Source: Lingula anatina (taxonomy: Eukaryota > Animalia > Brachiopoda). From it: a DNA stretch of 64,000 nt. The stretch spans positions 5,642,001 through 5,706,000 of the forward strand of contig JBPQGU010000016.1 of the NCBI GenBank assembly GCA_051362555.1. The letters run 5' to 3'. Of this stretch, positions 41,442-54,925 are shown piece after piece (within the stretch, counting starts at the first letter, position 1; each line of letters opens with the position of its first letter). The notes beneath the pieces were generated by a model, which searched no databases, was not told where the DNA came from, and was given only the letters and a program-made list of their open reading frames with translations. The translations under genes and the position numbers were made by a program.

Positions 41442-43341
41442 TTAAACATTATGTAATATTGCATCAAAATTTGAAGAAACCCCTATTTTGGGCACTGCTT
41501 CCATGATGACCATTTAAGGAAAATCATGTCACTTACTGTTCTCAAACTTACAGGAAAGAAATATGGGACTAAAATACAGCTTCAGTAGGCAATGCAGTCT
41601 GTTTGGTTTTTTTTTTTTTTTTTTTTTTTGGCAGTTAAACAGTTTTTTGTGAAAATTTAATTTTTCACATATTGGCATTTTCAAGGTGTGACTTTTAAGT
41701 TCCATGATCTTGAAGACTTTTGCTTGTCACATTTTCTGAATGTCCATGTTACTAATATTTTATTAATAACATTTGATTGTCATTATGCTGTTAAACATTA
41801 TTTAATGTTGTATCAAAATTTGAAGAAACCCCTATTTTGGGCACTGCTCCTATGATGACCATTTAAGGGAAATCATGTCACTTACTGTTCTCAAACTTAT
41901 AGGAAAGAAACATGGGACTAAAATACAGCTTCAATAGGCAACGCAGTCTGTTTGGTAAATTTTTCTGGCAATTTAACAGTTTTTTGTGAAAATTTAATTT
42001 TTCACTTATTTGCATCTTTATTTTCTGTTCTTTGTCTGTACATTTGACAGCTTTGCTGCCTTGTTTACCAGTTTGTGTTTCCCTTCAGGTGACAACTTTT
42101 TGACTTTGTTTCCTCTGTTTTTGAGGCTCAAATCAAAGCCCTCCAATAAGTAGTACTCCTACTGTTTCAATGATTCAGCTTGCTTCCATGCATTTTATTT
42201 TTTCTGACATGATTGTATAACACTTTTGTCTGTTTTTACTTTCATTATGATAAATGTATAATAATATTAAGACAGACTTCCTTTGTTCTATTCTTTGAGG
42301 CAAAAACTCATTAAGCCTCAGTAAGAGATAATTAATGTTATTGCAAATCACCAGACAATTATTTGCATCACAATCCAAACCTAAAAGCAATTGTAAACAA
42401 CTTAGCAGTTGTTATTGCACTTAATTGATAATCATAAAAAACTTAAAACAATATACAAATCTCAGAAACCCATTCTCAACACCACAAATTTCTTTCCTTT
42501 GAATTCTCATTTGTATTTAATTGAGATGAAAAACAAAACCAGAATTATGATAAGATTGATGAAATAAGTAATCAACTTGTAGAACAGCAGGGCCATTGTT
42601 AATCTGGATATAACTATCTTTGTAAATATGGAGTCAAAAAAATCCATTAACTGATCATCATCCATGTAGTACCATGCTGAGAGACGGTGGGGGACAGGGA
42701 CTGTTACAAATAGATTGATTTATATTTTCCTTTTATCAAACACCACTGACGCTAATGTTGCAGCTTCCAATTGAAAAATAGCTAGGTCATTTATCAACTC
42801 ACGGAGATTGCATATCTATTTACCATTTCGGTACCTAATGAAGGTGTGTTGATGGTTTCCTGTGAGACGATAGAAATTTCTGCTAATTCAGGGTGAGACT
42901 GGGTTACAGCCGTTTTCATTCTGAAATACACAATTTCTAATTTCCATGCTAGCAATCAGTGTAATTATTCACACAAAGACACACACAAAGATACTAAATG
43001 AGTTTTGTCATAATTAAGACTTTCAAAAGAAAGAAAACATGCAAATAAAATTGAATGGGTTTATACTCAAAGATGCAGATAACAAGTCTAAATACAAAAT
43101 TTTAATGGCAGAATACCTTGCAAACTGCAAATGTCCACAATATAAATTTTCATTAGTATTTCTGTTTCTTATTTCCAAATTGCCTGATTTTAAAGTAGAG
43201 ATTAAGTGAAGTAGAAATATGAATCTTGTTCATATCATGAAGTTTGCCAGATATATAAGAATACAGTATTAAGGATAAGCAATGTGATAAAATGCCATCT
43301 AAACTAAATAAACTTTACTCACTGAGTTGACCGAAGACTAA

Positions 43342-43556
43342 GGGCGCATTCCCATAGATTTTAGATTGATCTATCCCTGTGGGGAGTCTCACTAGATTAC
43401 TGTCAGATAATCCAGCTTTAATGTCCGTCCCGCCTACTACAAGCTGTAAGGGGGTAATTAACTACCAGGCGCGGTCTGATGACTGCAATTTAGCGTGAAC
43501 CCCCAGAGAGTTAGGTCGATCTAGTAAGATCAATCTAAATGTCTGGGAATGCCCTC
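43342..43556. mobile_element. PIF/Harbinger-like fold-back MITE, TAA TSD
   Basis: TAA|GGGCGCATTCCCA … TGGGAATGCCCTC|TAA. An inverted sister copy lies at 60045-60249, and an empty site occurs in paralogous flank at about 38215-38232. Confidence 0.88.
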
Positions 43557-46500
43557 TAAATATCTGTATTCTGCTGCCTGAGAATTTATATCATTTATAT
43601 TCACACAGATAAGTGTTTTAGTATAGATGTCGCCTTCCAGTATTTTCAGCATTAACATTTTAATATTAATGGATACTTTGCATGTTTTGAACTTTCCCTA
43701 ATAAAGAGAATGTTTTGTTTGGGACTACATAAAAGCTGAATTTTAGCTAAAATGTTGGTGATGATTTTTAGAATTAATAACATATTGTTATGATTGTGGA
43801 ATGATATGTATTAAAAGCAGTTTATGAAAATTTTACATTACAAATTGGGTTAAATGGTAGCTTTTAAATTTATTGTAGCTTTATGTAAATTGTAAATTTA
43901 TGGTAGCTTATAAATTTATGTCATGCTTGGTCCCACTTTGCCAGATTTGCATAACACAGAGGACGAACAGTTCTCAATCTGATGGCATCTCAAAATATAT
44001 TATATATATTCAGTTTATCCAGAAATTACTTGAAAATGGCCTATTCTATCCACCATCATAAATTGTCTCAGAAAATCAGAAACAATGGTTGCCCTTGTTC
44101 CAGCCCTGTATCATGGAATGTCATCTTGCTGTCAGGATCAGTTGTATGCTACTTCTGAACTTGTTTCATCAGATTTGATTAAAGTGTTAACACCAGCATA
44201 CAGATATTCCCATTGGATAGAGCATTTTCCAATTACAAGTTTGGCAGCCCATTATTTCAAATGGTGACAATAATTCAGGTTTTTACAAGTAACATTAGTT
44301 TTCTTTTATTTGGTATTGCTTTTGACTGCCATTTCCATACCTCTTGATCCACCAAATGGGTTTTGATTGATCTCTCAGATAATGGTTACGAAGGTACTGT
44401 AGGTGTTTTCTATGTGAGTCTAGAGTGGTTTTAGCTTAAATGTCATCACGTTTACTAGTGCACTTAGAGGTCACCTGTACAGTGCACCATTTAGATAGCT
44501 GATGCTGCATCTCTCTCTCTCTCTCTCCCTCTCTTTCTCTCTCTCTCTCTCTGTATCTTTCACTCTCTCTCTCTCTCTCTCTGTCTCTTTTACTCGCTCT
44601 CTCAAAAACACAGGTAAACATTGGGGTCAGTCATTGGCACTCCCAGGGGAATGAGCACAGGGGCAAACATGTTCGTACATTGTTGCATGCACAAAAAAAA
44701 AAAAAAAAAAAAAAAAAAGGCAAATTAAGGAAATATCTAGTTCAGCTTATATATTCCTAGATCTGCTAATAACATGTTTATAATTATGTGCACACAATGC
44801 TACAGTAAGTCTAAGCTTATTATCTGACGTTTCTTGGAGGAATGCAACATGATTGCCTTTACCAGTGGCTATAGGCTCATCATGATACAGTGGAATTAGT
44901 ATATTTGATCCTGTATAGATTTTACTTGAAATAAGTCAATCTGCAAAGTTACAACTGGCACCAAGCTGATAGAATTGAAATAGCGGCCATTGGTCTTATA
45001 TATGTACTGTGTGTAGTGGCTGTTACTTTTTGTTTGATGTTTTTCATTGGTTCTCAGTTATCGTGAGCAGATGCTGGTGTGGTAGATATGAAAGCTGGAA
45101 CTGATTTAGTGTGGTTGCTGTGCAGACAAAGATAGAGAGAGCCATGACTGTGACCCATGTAGAATATTCCATAAAAAAAAACAGTTGCTTTTTGAAAACA
45201 GTCTATTTTCAGCTGTATAATACATCAAAATGTATTTCACACCATTCAAGTTATGTTTGAGAGAGAGGGTTTAATCAATACTAAATCAGCTTTCTGATGA
45301 GATTTCTTTACTGTGTGCTTTAACTTGATAATTTGTTTGCTTCCTTTTTTACCATTTTACTAGCATTTGGTTGAAGTTAAATTTAGCTTATTGATGGATA
45401 ATCAACCTTGTTCAGGAGCAAATTCAGAGCTATTTTCTGACAGTCTTCCAAATTCCAAACTTGAAAATCTGACTGTCTTCTGGAAGACTCAGAAGACGGC
45501 CTCAATCTGCCCCAGATGTTTTAAACTAAGATACCTGGACATGTAACCCAGTTTGTTTGCTTATCTGTTTATCAGCAAATTTTGTCTCGATCATTATTGC
45601 TCAGTGATGTGGAAAAACCTCATTTTCTTGAAAAGCAGATTTTGATCATCTATATTTTAGTAGATAATTTATTAGATTATTCGTCTGTACTGTGAGAGGA
45701 TATCCCATTATTATTACGTTTTATTCATTTAAAAAGATATTATTGATCAAAACTTTCAGAGGTTTTCACATCTATCATACAGTCTGTCAGATAGGTGACA
45801 TGCTATAAATGTTTTGTCAATAATTTTACCACCATTAGTGTAAGAACCTTTCTCTGTTGAATTATTTTTATACAACATGCAATAGCTACATGTACAACTT
45901 GGATGTGTGTGTGTATGTGTGTGGATGTTTGTGTGTATATGTGTGTAGTTTTCTAACCATATTTAGAAAATAGAGAAAGAATGAATTTAACTGTATTGTA
46001 TCACTAAACAGTTGAAACCTTATAGTCACACTGTTTAAAAGATTCATTAGATTACGGGCTGTTGATTGATAAGTGTATGGTGGGATAGCTAGAGATGCTG
46101 GAATGAATTTTATTTTTTTGACAGTCATTGCGATTTGATGAAGCCAGCACTGTGTGTATTAATAATTGCATACCAAGGAGATTTTTTCCTCTTTTTTAGC
46201 TGGCTTTTCTGGAGCTTGGCAGTTTCCTTAGTCGGTGAAACACTACAAAGTACTATGAAATTCTCTCTCTCTCACTCTTTCTCCCTGGATAAAAATAAAC
46301 TTGTCAGCAGATTCAAAGAGAATATATTATCATTTATGGATTTTATTTTTTTAAATGTTTTTTATGTTCATCATTCACGGAGGTGAAGTAGTCCCACATC
46401 TGTGTGTGACTTTCTATTGAATGTTCAGTGAAAATTTGCCACGTTTGCAGATTTTCCTTAGTTTGGTTAAGTGCTAAGTATTTTTAAAATATTTCATCAC

Positions 46501-47504
46501 TCAAGGTTTAAATTCAAAATCAGTGGCAAAAAGACTTTGTTTGTTGCCTGAGCATTAAGTAGCTGCCCGCAGTTTGATAAAAATGGCCATCTTTTTGACG
46601 GAATAAAAATATAAGAATGGAAATATGGCACAGAACATCCATTGACACTTTTACACATGTGTCCATATGAGAACCCTTATGGGTGGTCTTTTCACTTCTA
46701 TTAATGAGTTCCAAATTTATTAAGAGATCTGAAAGACTTTGAGCATCTTTCCCAACCCTTTTACTAAAAATCCTCAAAGGAACGACAACAAAAGAAAGCT
46801 AGATTTCCTAGATGAAAGCAGTTTCTTTCTGTCCAATATATTTTGAGATAATTGAAAACTTTTACTGGTGGATAATCGGTCAATAAAATTTTGTGATCAA
46901 TTGAAAGATTGCACTTTGGGTATTTTGGTTTGAGAAATAATAATTAAACCTTTTTTATTAATGTACTGTTGTTGTTGTTGTCCTATCTGTCATCGTATAC
47001 TTGCTTGTTAATTGCCATGCACTTCTTACTTATAAACCAAATAAATGAAAAGCCATATGTCACTTTTAATCTCAAAGTAACAGGAATGGTTAATTATTAT
47101 GTTACGAAGATACACCTGTACTACAAAATCAGCTGAATTGAATAATAATAAATAAAAAAAAAAATAATAATACTTATTTTTTGTTTAGCCCATTCCATTT
47201 TCATACATTTCAGTGCACTTTACAATTAAAATAATAGCAATTCTGTATCAGAGTTGAGCCCATTTTTGTGATTCTTTACTTTTGCCTAAAGTCCTATATT
47301 TTCTAGGATTGTTACCTTAATGCATTCCCTGTGGATAGTGTTATGGAAACAAAAATATGTGTCTGTTCATTTGACAGCATTGCTTGTTTATGGAGAATTG
47401 AGGATTTGGTATACTTGTTAGTAAAAGAGAATAATCTGCATGTATTTTCTGAAAATAATTGTTTTCTTTGGCACTATTGAGTTTTTGGATCGAGTTCAAA
47501 GAAC

Positions 47505-47547
<43 letters not shown>

Positions 47548-47714
47548 TGCACACATGCATCCACCTGTGTAGCAGGCAGCAGCATTGAGTGTGGATAACA
47601 GGCTAATTACAAATCAAACTTAATTATTGGAAACTCTTTTGGGTTTCTTTATCCTTTCAGACATTTGGAAGTTATGAATGCATTTTTGATAGTTGATTGG
47701 TCATGTAAATTTAA

Positions 47715-48051
47715 AGGGATAATAACTCTTCGTTTCAGCCTAAAAATGAATTTTCCTAGAGTAAACAACAATTTTCCCATACTAACCAATGGTTAATGAA
47801 TCCATTTTTACATTCAAAATTAGTCCCTGATTTTTTTCTAAAAAGTTTGGTTTTTTGTTAAAATCTCTTAAGAGATTTTAACAGAGTATAGCCATCAATG
47901 GAGGTCACGTGGTCTAAAGACAAGCTCAGATATCAGAATATTAGCTATAACTGCTGTTTTAGTGGTAAAACAGAATATATTATATTTCTATGAGTTATTC
48001 ACAATGTTTTTATTGTAAAATATGGATCTCATACGAAGAGTTCTTATCCCT
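47715..48051. mobile_element. Kolobok-like MITE
   Basis: TTAA|AGGGATAATAACTCTTCG … CGAAGAGTTCTTATCCCT|TTAA; highly similar to 30989-31326. Confidence 0.88.
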
Positions 48052-48914
48052 TTAACTAAGATAGTACTATTTGTCTTGGTTCTCAGTCCATTGGTTTAAA
48101 TAAAAGTAACTTCAAAGCCATTGGTGGCCATATTGAATTCTGAGAAATTCTCTAGGTTGCTTTAAAACTGCCTTTGCATTAATGTATCTGAATTGGCTCC
48201 ACTAGTTATATTGAACTCATTTCTGTAAAGAGTGATCCTTGGGTTACCTACAAGTGCATTGATGACTTTACTAAATTCATGCATATATGCACATGTATTT
48301 AGAGCTATATAATGCCCCATATGTGCAACTGCACATGTATCTGCTTGATTGAAATAGCTTTTTGAGCAGCAGGTCAAAATATTACTCAATTTATCTCTTA
48401 AAATTGCAATGTACATCCGAAATGGCTGAAATAAAGTGCTCTGGAGAATTCTGAGTATTAGGGGCTCTAATTGAAGGAGGCGCTGCTTTGATCTGCTGAG
48501 GAAGCTGATAAAGCACTTCAATTTCCCTCTGATGATCTCCTGTTGTAATTGCCATTCTATCAATTAATCTGGATCTGATATCAGTGATTGTCACACTGTA
48601 AATAAAAGAGTCACTCTGCATAATTGATGATGATGGTCATATTCTGCGCTGTGCTCACTTGATTAATACTTGGGGTAAGATTACAGGTCATGATCACTAA
48701 TGCAATCTGTCCTCAGATTTTCAGGTTGCAATGTTCATCATGGTTGTTAAAACTGTTACACAGATTAGATTGCCATATGATGATTCCTTTTTTACATCAT
48801 GGTGGAAGAAATAGATGTTGTAATTGCTCTAAAATTTCATGAGGTACAGTATTACAATAACTTTGGAATGTCCATACATTTTCTAACCTTTTTGAACCAA
48901 GGGGTTCTCCATGA

Positions 48915-49172
48915 CTTGAGTTCTCATTCATAGATCAATCTAACAGGGATCAGTTCGTCTCCACAGGGTTTCTCGCTAAATTGCTTTCAGCTTAAGTGGC
49001 TTAGATGTCTGGCATGCCTACAAAAGCTGCTAAACGATAGTTAATTACCCCCTATCAGCTTCAGGAGGCATGACAGACATCTAAGCCACTTAAGTTAATT
49101 TCAATTAATTGAGAATCCCCTTGTGATAGTAAGATCCAAAAATAGTGCAATGGTCTCTGGGAATGGTTTCTT
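48915..49172. mobile_element. Fold-back MITE, Harbinger-like (sister of 60953-61209)
   Basis: Shares CTCGCTAAATTGCTTTCAGCTTAAG…TTAGAT…TGGCATGCCTA…AATTACCCCCTA…GAGAATCCCCTT with the 60953 copy; inverted arms. Confidence 0.8.
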
Positions 49173-52100
49173 AGACAAGGAATGATATAATGTTCCCCCT
49201 CTACTCTTCTTTTAAGTGGTGAAAGAGCAGGAAATGCTGCAAGTAGAATACTCAATCTTGCCCTCTTCTTTTCAGATAGAGGGAGATAATTGGTTTATCT
49301 TTATGTCTTGTGTAATGTTAAGTCTGCCATCCTCTTGTTCTGTTCTTTTGCTTGAGGGCGACCATTTATGAAGAATGGTTATATAGGGTATTTGTACAAT
49401 ATTAATGTATGATGCTAAAGTCACAGTTTGAGCAGAAAAGATCGAGTGGTGGTCTACTCCATGGAAAGACAGCATGTGCAAATGCACAAATAAAAATCTT
49501 TATCTCTCCAGTTATACCCTCTATTTTGTGTATGAACTGTGTGATTAATACTTATCTATTACGTACATATACTTAATATTGAATGTATGTTTACAGTGCA
49601 TGGTTTAAATCAGTAGACATAGCATATTTTGCTGTGAAAATGGTACGTCTAGCTGAATCTTGAAATACGAATATACAATTAAGAGGGTCATTTGAACTTT
49701 GGGAGTTATTATTAGTAACGTTCATGTTTTCCACTTATTAGTGGTGTGCCCTTAGCAAAATATCAGGCCTGCTGCAAATTTGCAGCAAATTTGCAAGAAG
49801 AGTTTGCGGCAGGCCTGCTATTTTGTTAAGGGTTATTACTCATATTTATACTTTTAGTGTAAACAGCTATATATTAAATCTTCTTGGAATAATAGGTATC
49901 TGGCCACAGTACTATAATATTTATGGTAAGTGTTACATCAAGGGGCTGTAAGAAGGATAGCATACTCTACATCTACTGGGACTACCTTTATCTTATACTT
50001 CACTCATTTCCCTCGCTCAATCATGTCTATTGGATTTGAGTTTTTTCCAGAGCAATCTCTGCTTTGTCTTAGATGTCTGTTGCCTTTACTTGACATTTAT
50101 AATTTACATACTGGTACTCTCTTCGATAGATACCGGTAGGTTATGCTTGAAAATCACCGTTAACAAACTTTTGTAGAAAAAGTAACTGATTTATATTGTT
50201 TTGTTTATTTAGCAATTCTGCTGTCCATTATCCTCTCTAGCACAATCAACCCATTTCTGATAAAATCCCAATCAGCAATTTCTTTTACCCATAATTTGGA
50301 CTGAACAAGGGGCCAAAATGTGTTTGATTTTGTGAAAGGAAACTGGAAGTAACTTCATGTAATTATGTTCTTCGTTCATTTGTGATAAATAGCAATGTGA
50401 ACTCTCTACCATTATAGACCCCTTTTGTGACAAGGCATTTTTTCATTACATTTGTTCTGTGTAGATGAAGAAGCTCTCTCTCTCTCTCTCTCTCTCTCCC
50501 CCCCTCCCCCCCCCCCCCCCCAATAAGTAAGTTATCATCAGCGTAGTCTAGTTGAAGTGTTGTGTTTAGTAATAAGTTTACAATGTAGAAGGCATTAATG
50601 CAGATACATTGATGCCTATTTATGGAGGGTAAGCAAAAGCAGTGAAAATATGCTTGGTAAAGCCATACATGTTTTTGAGGGGAAAATCACTACTTTATAA
50701 TTTTTTATCTATTTTTAAACTGTTTTTATCTTCCTTAAACATCACTGAGTCTGTTTCTATCAATTATTTTGTGTGATAAGAGACATCTTTCTTTCCTAGT
50801 GATCAAATAATTCCTGTGCCATTCTCATTGTCTGGTTTTACTGTTCGCTTTGATGGTGCTGGAATATGTCCAGGCAGTGAATTACAAATTGTTGCAAAGT
50901 GTCTATAGAACTTACATTACTACATTGTATGAAAAAAATAACGAGTGTTATAAGTGTTTTCAAACCTCATTTGTTGTCATCAGTTTGTGATTGAAAGTGT
51001 TTCATTCATTGTGAAGTGGGAATGTTTTTTACAAGTTTTTTCTTCTCTGAGGGAAATAAGATGATATTCAGCTTGTCCTGAAAGGATGGCATAAATAATG
51101 GTAAATCTTTCCACTACACCAAGTGTATCATTTTCCCAGTGCAGCCATGCACTTGGTCGCTCTCTCTGTGAAAAAAACTCATCTGATTACAATAGTACAG
51201 GTTGTACACATTATTATTATTGTTTTTTTTTTTTTTTTTTTTTTTTTTTGCTATCAGATGTTCAGAAGTCTTATTGAAGTGGATATGTTTCAATGTTTAT
51301 TGATGGTCATACCAGGATTAATAATCCTCCAAAGAAAAAAACAAACATCCCTGGATGTGGGAAGTGTTATTCATTATTTTCATAGAAAGGTTTGTATTTC
51401 TTAGAATTAATCTAAAACTCATGACTTGTTCAATTTATCAAGTGGAAAATTGCTGCCAGTAGTTGTAAAACAGTTGAATATCACCAAGTTGTTCATAATG
51501 GATACATGCAATATATTATTGTGTGAATTTTTGAACAACATCCAAATGATATCGTCTATTAATTATCCCTTTAGGCAATACAATGTATAGAGGGCTTATT
51601 AATGTCATTTCACCTTTCTTGTAGCTGGCATAGCTTATCCTGATCTCCATTTTCCAGTAGTTTCTAGCTATAACGTAAGTGATCACTGTTTTGTGCTTTC
51701 ACTAGCCTGTGATTCACTTAATGAGCAAATTTAGAACAACAATTTTTTTTTAATTTCTCTCAAGTGAGGGTAAAAATGCAAAGCAATAGTATGACATTTT
51801 AGTGTTTTTATTGTATAGCATTATACTGTGTAGTTCTGAGCTGTGTTATAGTATTAAAACTCATACACTCACACAGCATCTGACACTTATTTTACCTGCA
51901 AGCCTTTTAAGTTAAGTGAGATTTTTTGTGAATTGTGATCTAAAAAGGAATATGGATAACTAACAGCGAGATACACTTGCTGCTGTAAGTAGTGGGTGAT
52001 TTGTCTGATGAGTGAGGAAATAAAGTCCCATCAGCCATGCAGCAATGGGTCTAATCCATGTTGTTATGGTGAAATGGATTTCAGCTTAGACAAGTGCCCA

Positions 52101-52222
52101 TCACACCACCTAAGCAAGATTTTTTTAGGGTCAATTATATGAAAAGTGCAATTTTTTTTAATTGGGCTTATTGCACAGGCTTCCTCATGCACTGTCTTTC
52201 AGATCAGCGAAGCACAATATTT

Positions 52223-53052
52223 CAGATATCACCAGACAGTGACAAGAAGTGGCAAAATTAAGTACTGCAGTACATGTCATGTGTCAGATGTCACCAGACA
52301 GTGACAAGAAGTGGCAAAATTAAGTACTGCAGTACATGTCATGGTTCAGATGTCACCAGACAGTGACAAGAAGTGGCAAAATTAAGTACTGCAGTACATG
52401 TCATGTGTCAGATGTCACCAGACAGTGGCAAATAGTGGCAAAATTAAGTACTGCAGTACATGTCATGGTTCAGATGTCACCAGACAGTGGCAAGAAGTGG
52501 CAAAATTAAGTACTGCAGTACATGTCATGGTTCAGATGTCACCAGACAGTGGCAAGAAGTGGCAAAATTAAGTACTGCAGTACATGTCATGGTTCAGATG
52601 TCACCAGACAGTGGCAAGAAGTGGCAAAATTAAGTACTGCAGTACATGTCATGGTTCAGATGTCACCAGACAGTGACAAGAAGTGGCAAAATTAAGTACT
52701 GCAGTACATGTCATGGTTCAGATGTCACCAGACAGTGGCAAGAAGTGGCAAAATTAAGTACTGCAGTACATGCCATGGTTCAGATGTCACCAGACAGTGG
52801 CAAGAAGTGGCAAAATTAAGTACTGCAGTACATGTCATGGTTCAGATGTCACCAGACAGTGGCAAATAGTGGCAAAATTAAGTACTGCAGTACATGTCAT
52901 GGTTCAGATGTCACCAGACAGTGGCAAATAGTGGCAAAATTAAGTACTGCAGTACATGTCATGGTTCAGATGTCAACAGACAGTGGCAAGAAGTGGCAAA
53001 ATTAAGTACTGCAGTACATGTCATGGTTCAGATGTCAACAGACAGTGGCAAG
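52223..53052. repeat. 62-bp minisatellite, 13 full copies plus a partial
   Basis: Unit CAGATGTCACCAGACAGTGGCAAGAAGTGGCAAAATTAAGTACTGCAGTACATGTCATGGTT; 52223 + 13x62 = 53029. Confidence 0.95.
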
Positions 53053-53059
53053 GATAAAG

Positions 53060-54340
53060 CCATTGCGTTTCATTTTTCATGCCCCACTGGGATGTCACAA
53101 CAACTGTCGGTAAATGGTATGCTTTCGGATCCTTCACAACTTGTTTTTGGGGTGCCCCAAGGCAGTGTCCTTGGCCCACTTTCATTTTGCATTTATACCC
53201 TGCCACTTGGTGCCATTTATTGTCATCTCAAACTTGGAAATCACAGGTACACTGATGATACTCAGATCTATACGTGCTGTGAGCCTGTGACTTACATAAT
53301 CCTAAAGCATCTATGGAAAAAATTACCCACTGTGTGGCTGATGTTCACGCCTGGCTCCTGATAATATAACAACAAACTGAAAATTACATGTAATGACAGG
53401 AAGAGTTTTTATATATCACGCAACCACATAACAAGCAATTTGCACAGAATCTACAACTTGAATTACCAGTAGGCACCAGTGTTGCCAGCCTATTACCACA
53501 TGTGAAAAACATGGGTGTTTACTTTGATTCCACTCTCTACGTGGATAGACAAATATCAAATCTCACTCAGTCATGTATTTTTAACATTAGAAACATCGGA
53601 GCTATTAGAAACTACCTGGATTAATCCTCTGCGGCAACAGTTATCATGCGATGATCACCTCTCATGGAGACTTCTGCAACTCTTTACTGTATGAATGATT
53701 TTAAAAACTGCAGCAAATTCAGAATATTTTCATGCATCTTTTATTAGTTAACCTCACAGCCAAGAGATTCATATCACAGCCATTTAAAAGCAGTTGTACA
53801 AGCTCTCTGTTTGAGCATGCATTTTATTCAAAATTTTAACTTTTATGCATGCAATTTTTTTTATCAGTAAACACCCCTGCACATTCTACAAATAGTTCAT
53901 CCTTCTGCTCCAAAACGTAATTTAAGGTCACTTGACCAATTTTTACTCATGCCATGTACTGCCAGATTGAGAATATACGATGACCTAGCTCTTCAAGTCT
54001 ATGGACCAAATGAATGGAACGATCTCCCAATATACTTTAAAACTATAGAGTCTAAGGAAAATTTAAAAAAAAATAATGATTAAAAACTTTTATTTTCAAA
54101 AAGTTTTATAACTGAATGGACTGGCTGTTATCTTTTACACTGTACTATCTATTTGAATATCTGAAATCTTAAGTGTCTATATATTTAATATACTTCACAT
54201 TTTAATATTTTAATATCTTAACTACCTATTTACTTATTGACTTTATTCATCTTTGTTCATTTTACCCATGTAAAGTTTACTGAACATTTTATATGGATTT
54301 AAGACTAGAAATATTATTATTATTATTATTATTATTATTA
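53060..54340 (+). mobile_element. 5'-truncated, decayed L2/CR1-group LINE
   Basis: Reverse-transcriptase motifs FGVPQGSVLGPLSFCIYTLPLG and HRYTDDTQIY (YADD box). The C-terminal GPNEWNDLP motif lies near 54000, with frameshifts and stops between. An (ATT)n tail sits at 54311-54340. Confidence 0.88.
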
Positions 54341-54925
54341 AGAGGAGATTCTTTTTCTAAAAAGAAAGGACCTTTTTACCATGAAACCACTTTTTTATTT
54401 GAAGAAGCATAGAACCTTGATCAAATTTTGATTCAGAGTGGACATTTTTCCAGTCAAATGGCAGTTCTTTTGACCCTACCACCCCCACCCCCACCCTCTG
54501 ACCCTGACGGGCCTGTTACAGAAGGCGTTTTGTAGGCAGTTAATAAAAATACCGGTATGGTGGTAATCACATACTCATTGATTAGCAGGTTTGATAACTT
54601 AATTTATTGGATATTTAACTGATTTTACATATTTTATTGGCTATGAACTGTATCTGTTTGATGACAGTTTATTTGCACATCCTGATGGGGAATTGTTTTG
54701 GAGCTTTTTATGTGAGACCATGTAGCAGAAGGGAACAGTTTGAGTACATCGTATAACTGCAGAGTTTTGCGTACAAATAAGACATTAGCCCGGCTTCTAT
54801 TGCACGATACATTACTGGTCTTATTGATTTGATATTTGAGAGTGGCTGGCAATGTTAGATCAGCTAATGTGGTGTAATGGCAAGGGAACAAGTCAGGGAA
54901 AGTCTGGCTTCAATTTTTATATACA

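Larger units (their letters stand above)
38861..42066 (+). mobile_element. HINE-like (Helentron-associated non-autonomous) element with internal microsatellite, 161-bp satellite and nested Kolobok MITE
   Basis: 5' palindrome TATGTACAGACACA-GA-TGTGTCTGTACATA (38865-38894), then a (GTC/GCC)n microsatellite at 38913-39012 and a tandem core. The 3' sub-terminal IR TGTCTGTACAT (42033-42043) is followed by hairpin GACAGC-TTT-GCTGCC and TTGTTT. This is the architecture known for HINE/DINE-1/pearl(CvA)-type elements. Confidence 0.8.

Noticed and set aside
48162-48621. 133-aa and 76-aa overlapping minus-strand ORFs
   Set aside because: No recognisable homology or consistent splice signals.
52894-53361. 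155-aa ORF as a functional reverse-transcriptase gene
   Set aside because: It is a chimera of minisatellite and a 5'-truncated, frameshifted LINE with a mutated catalytic box (YTDD).
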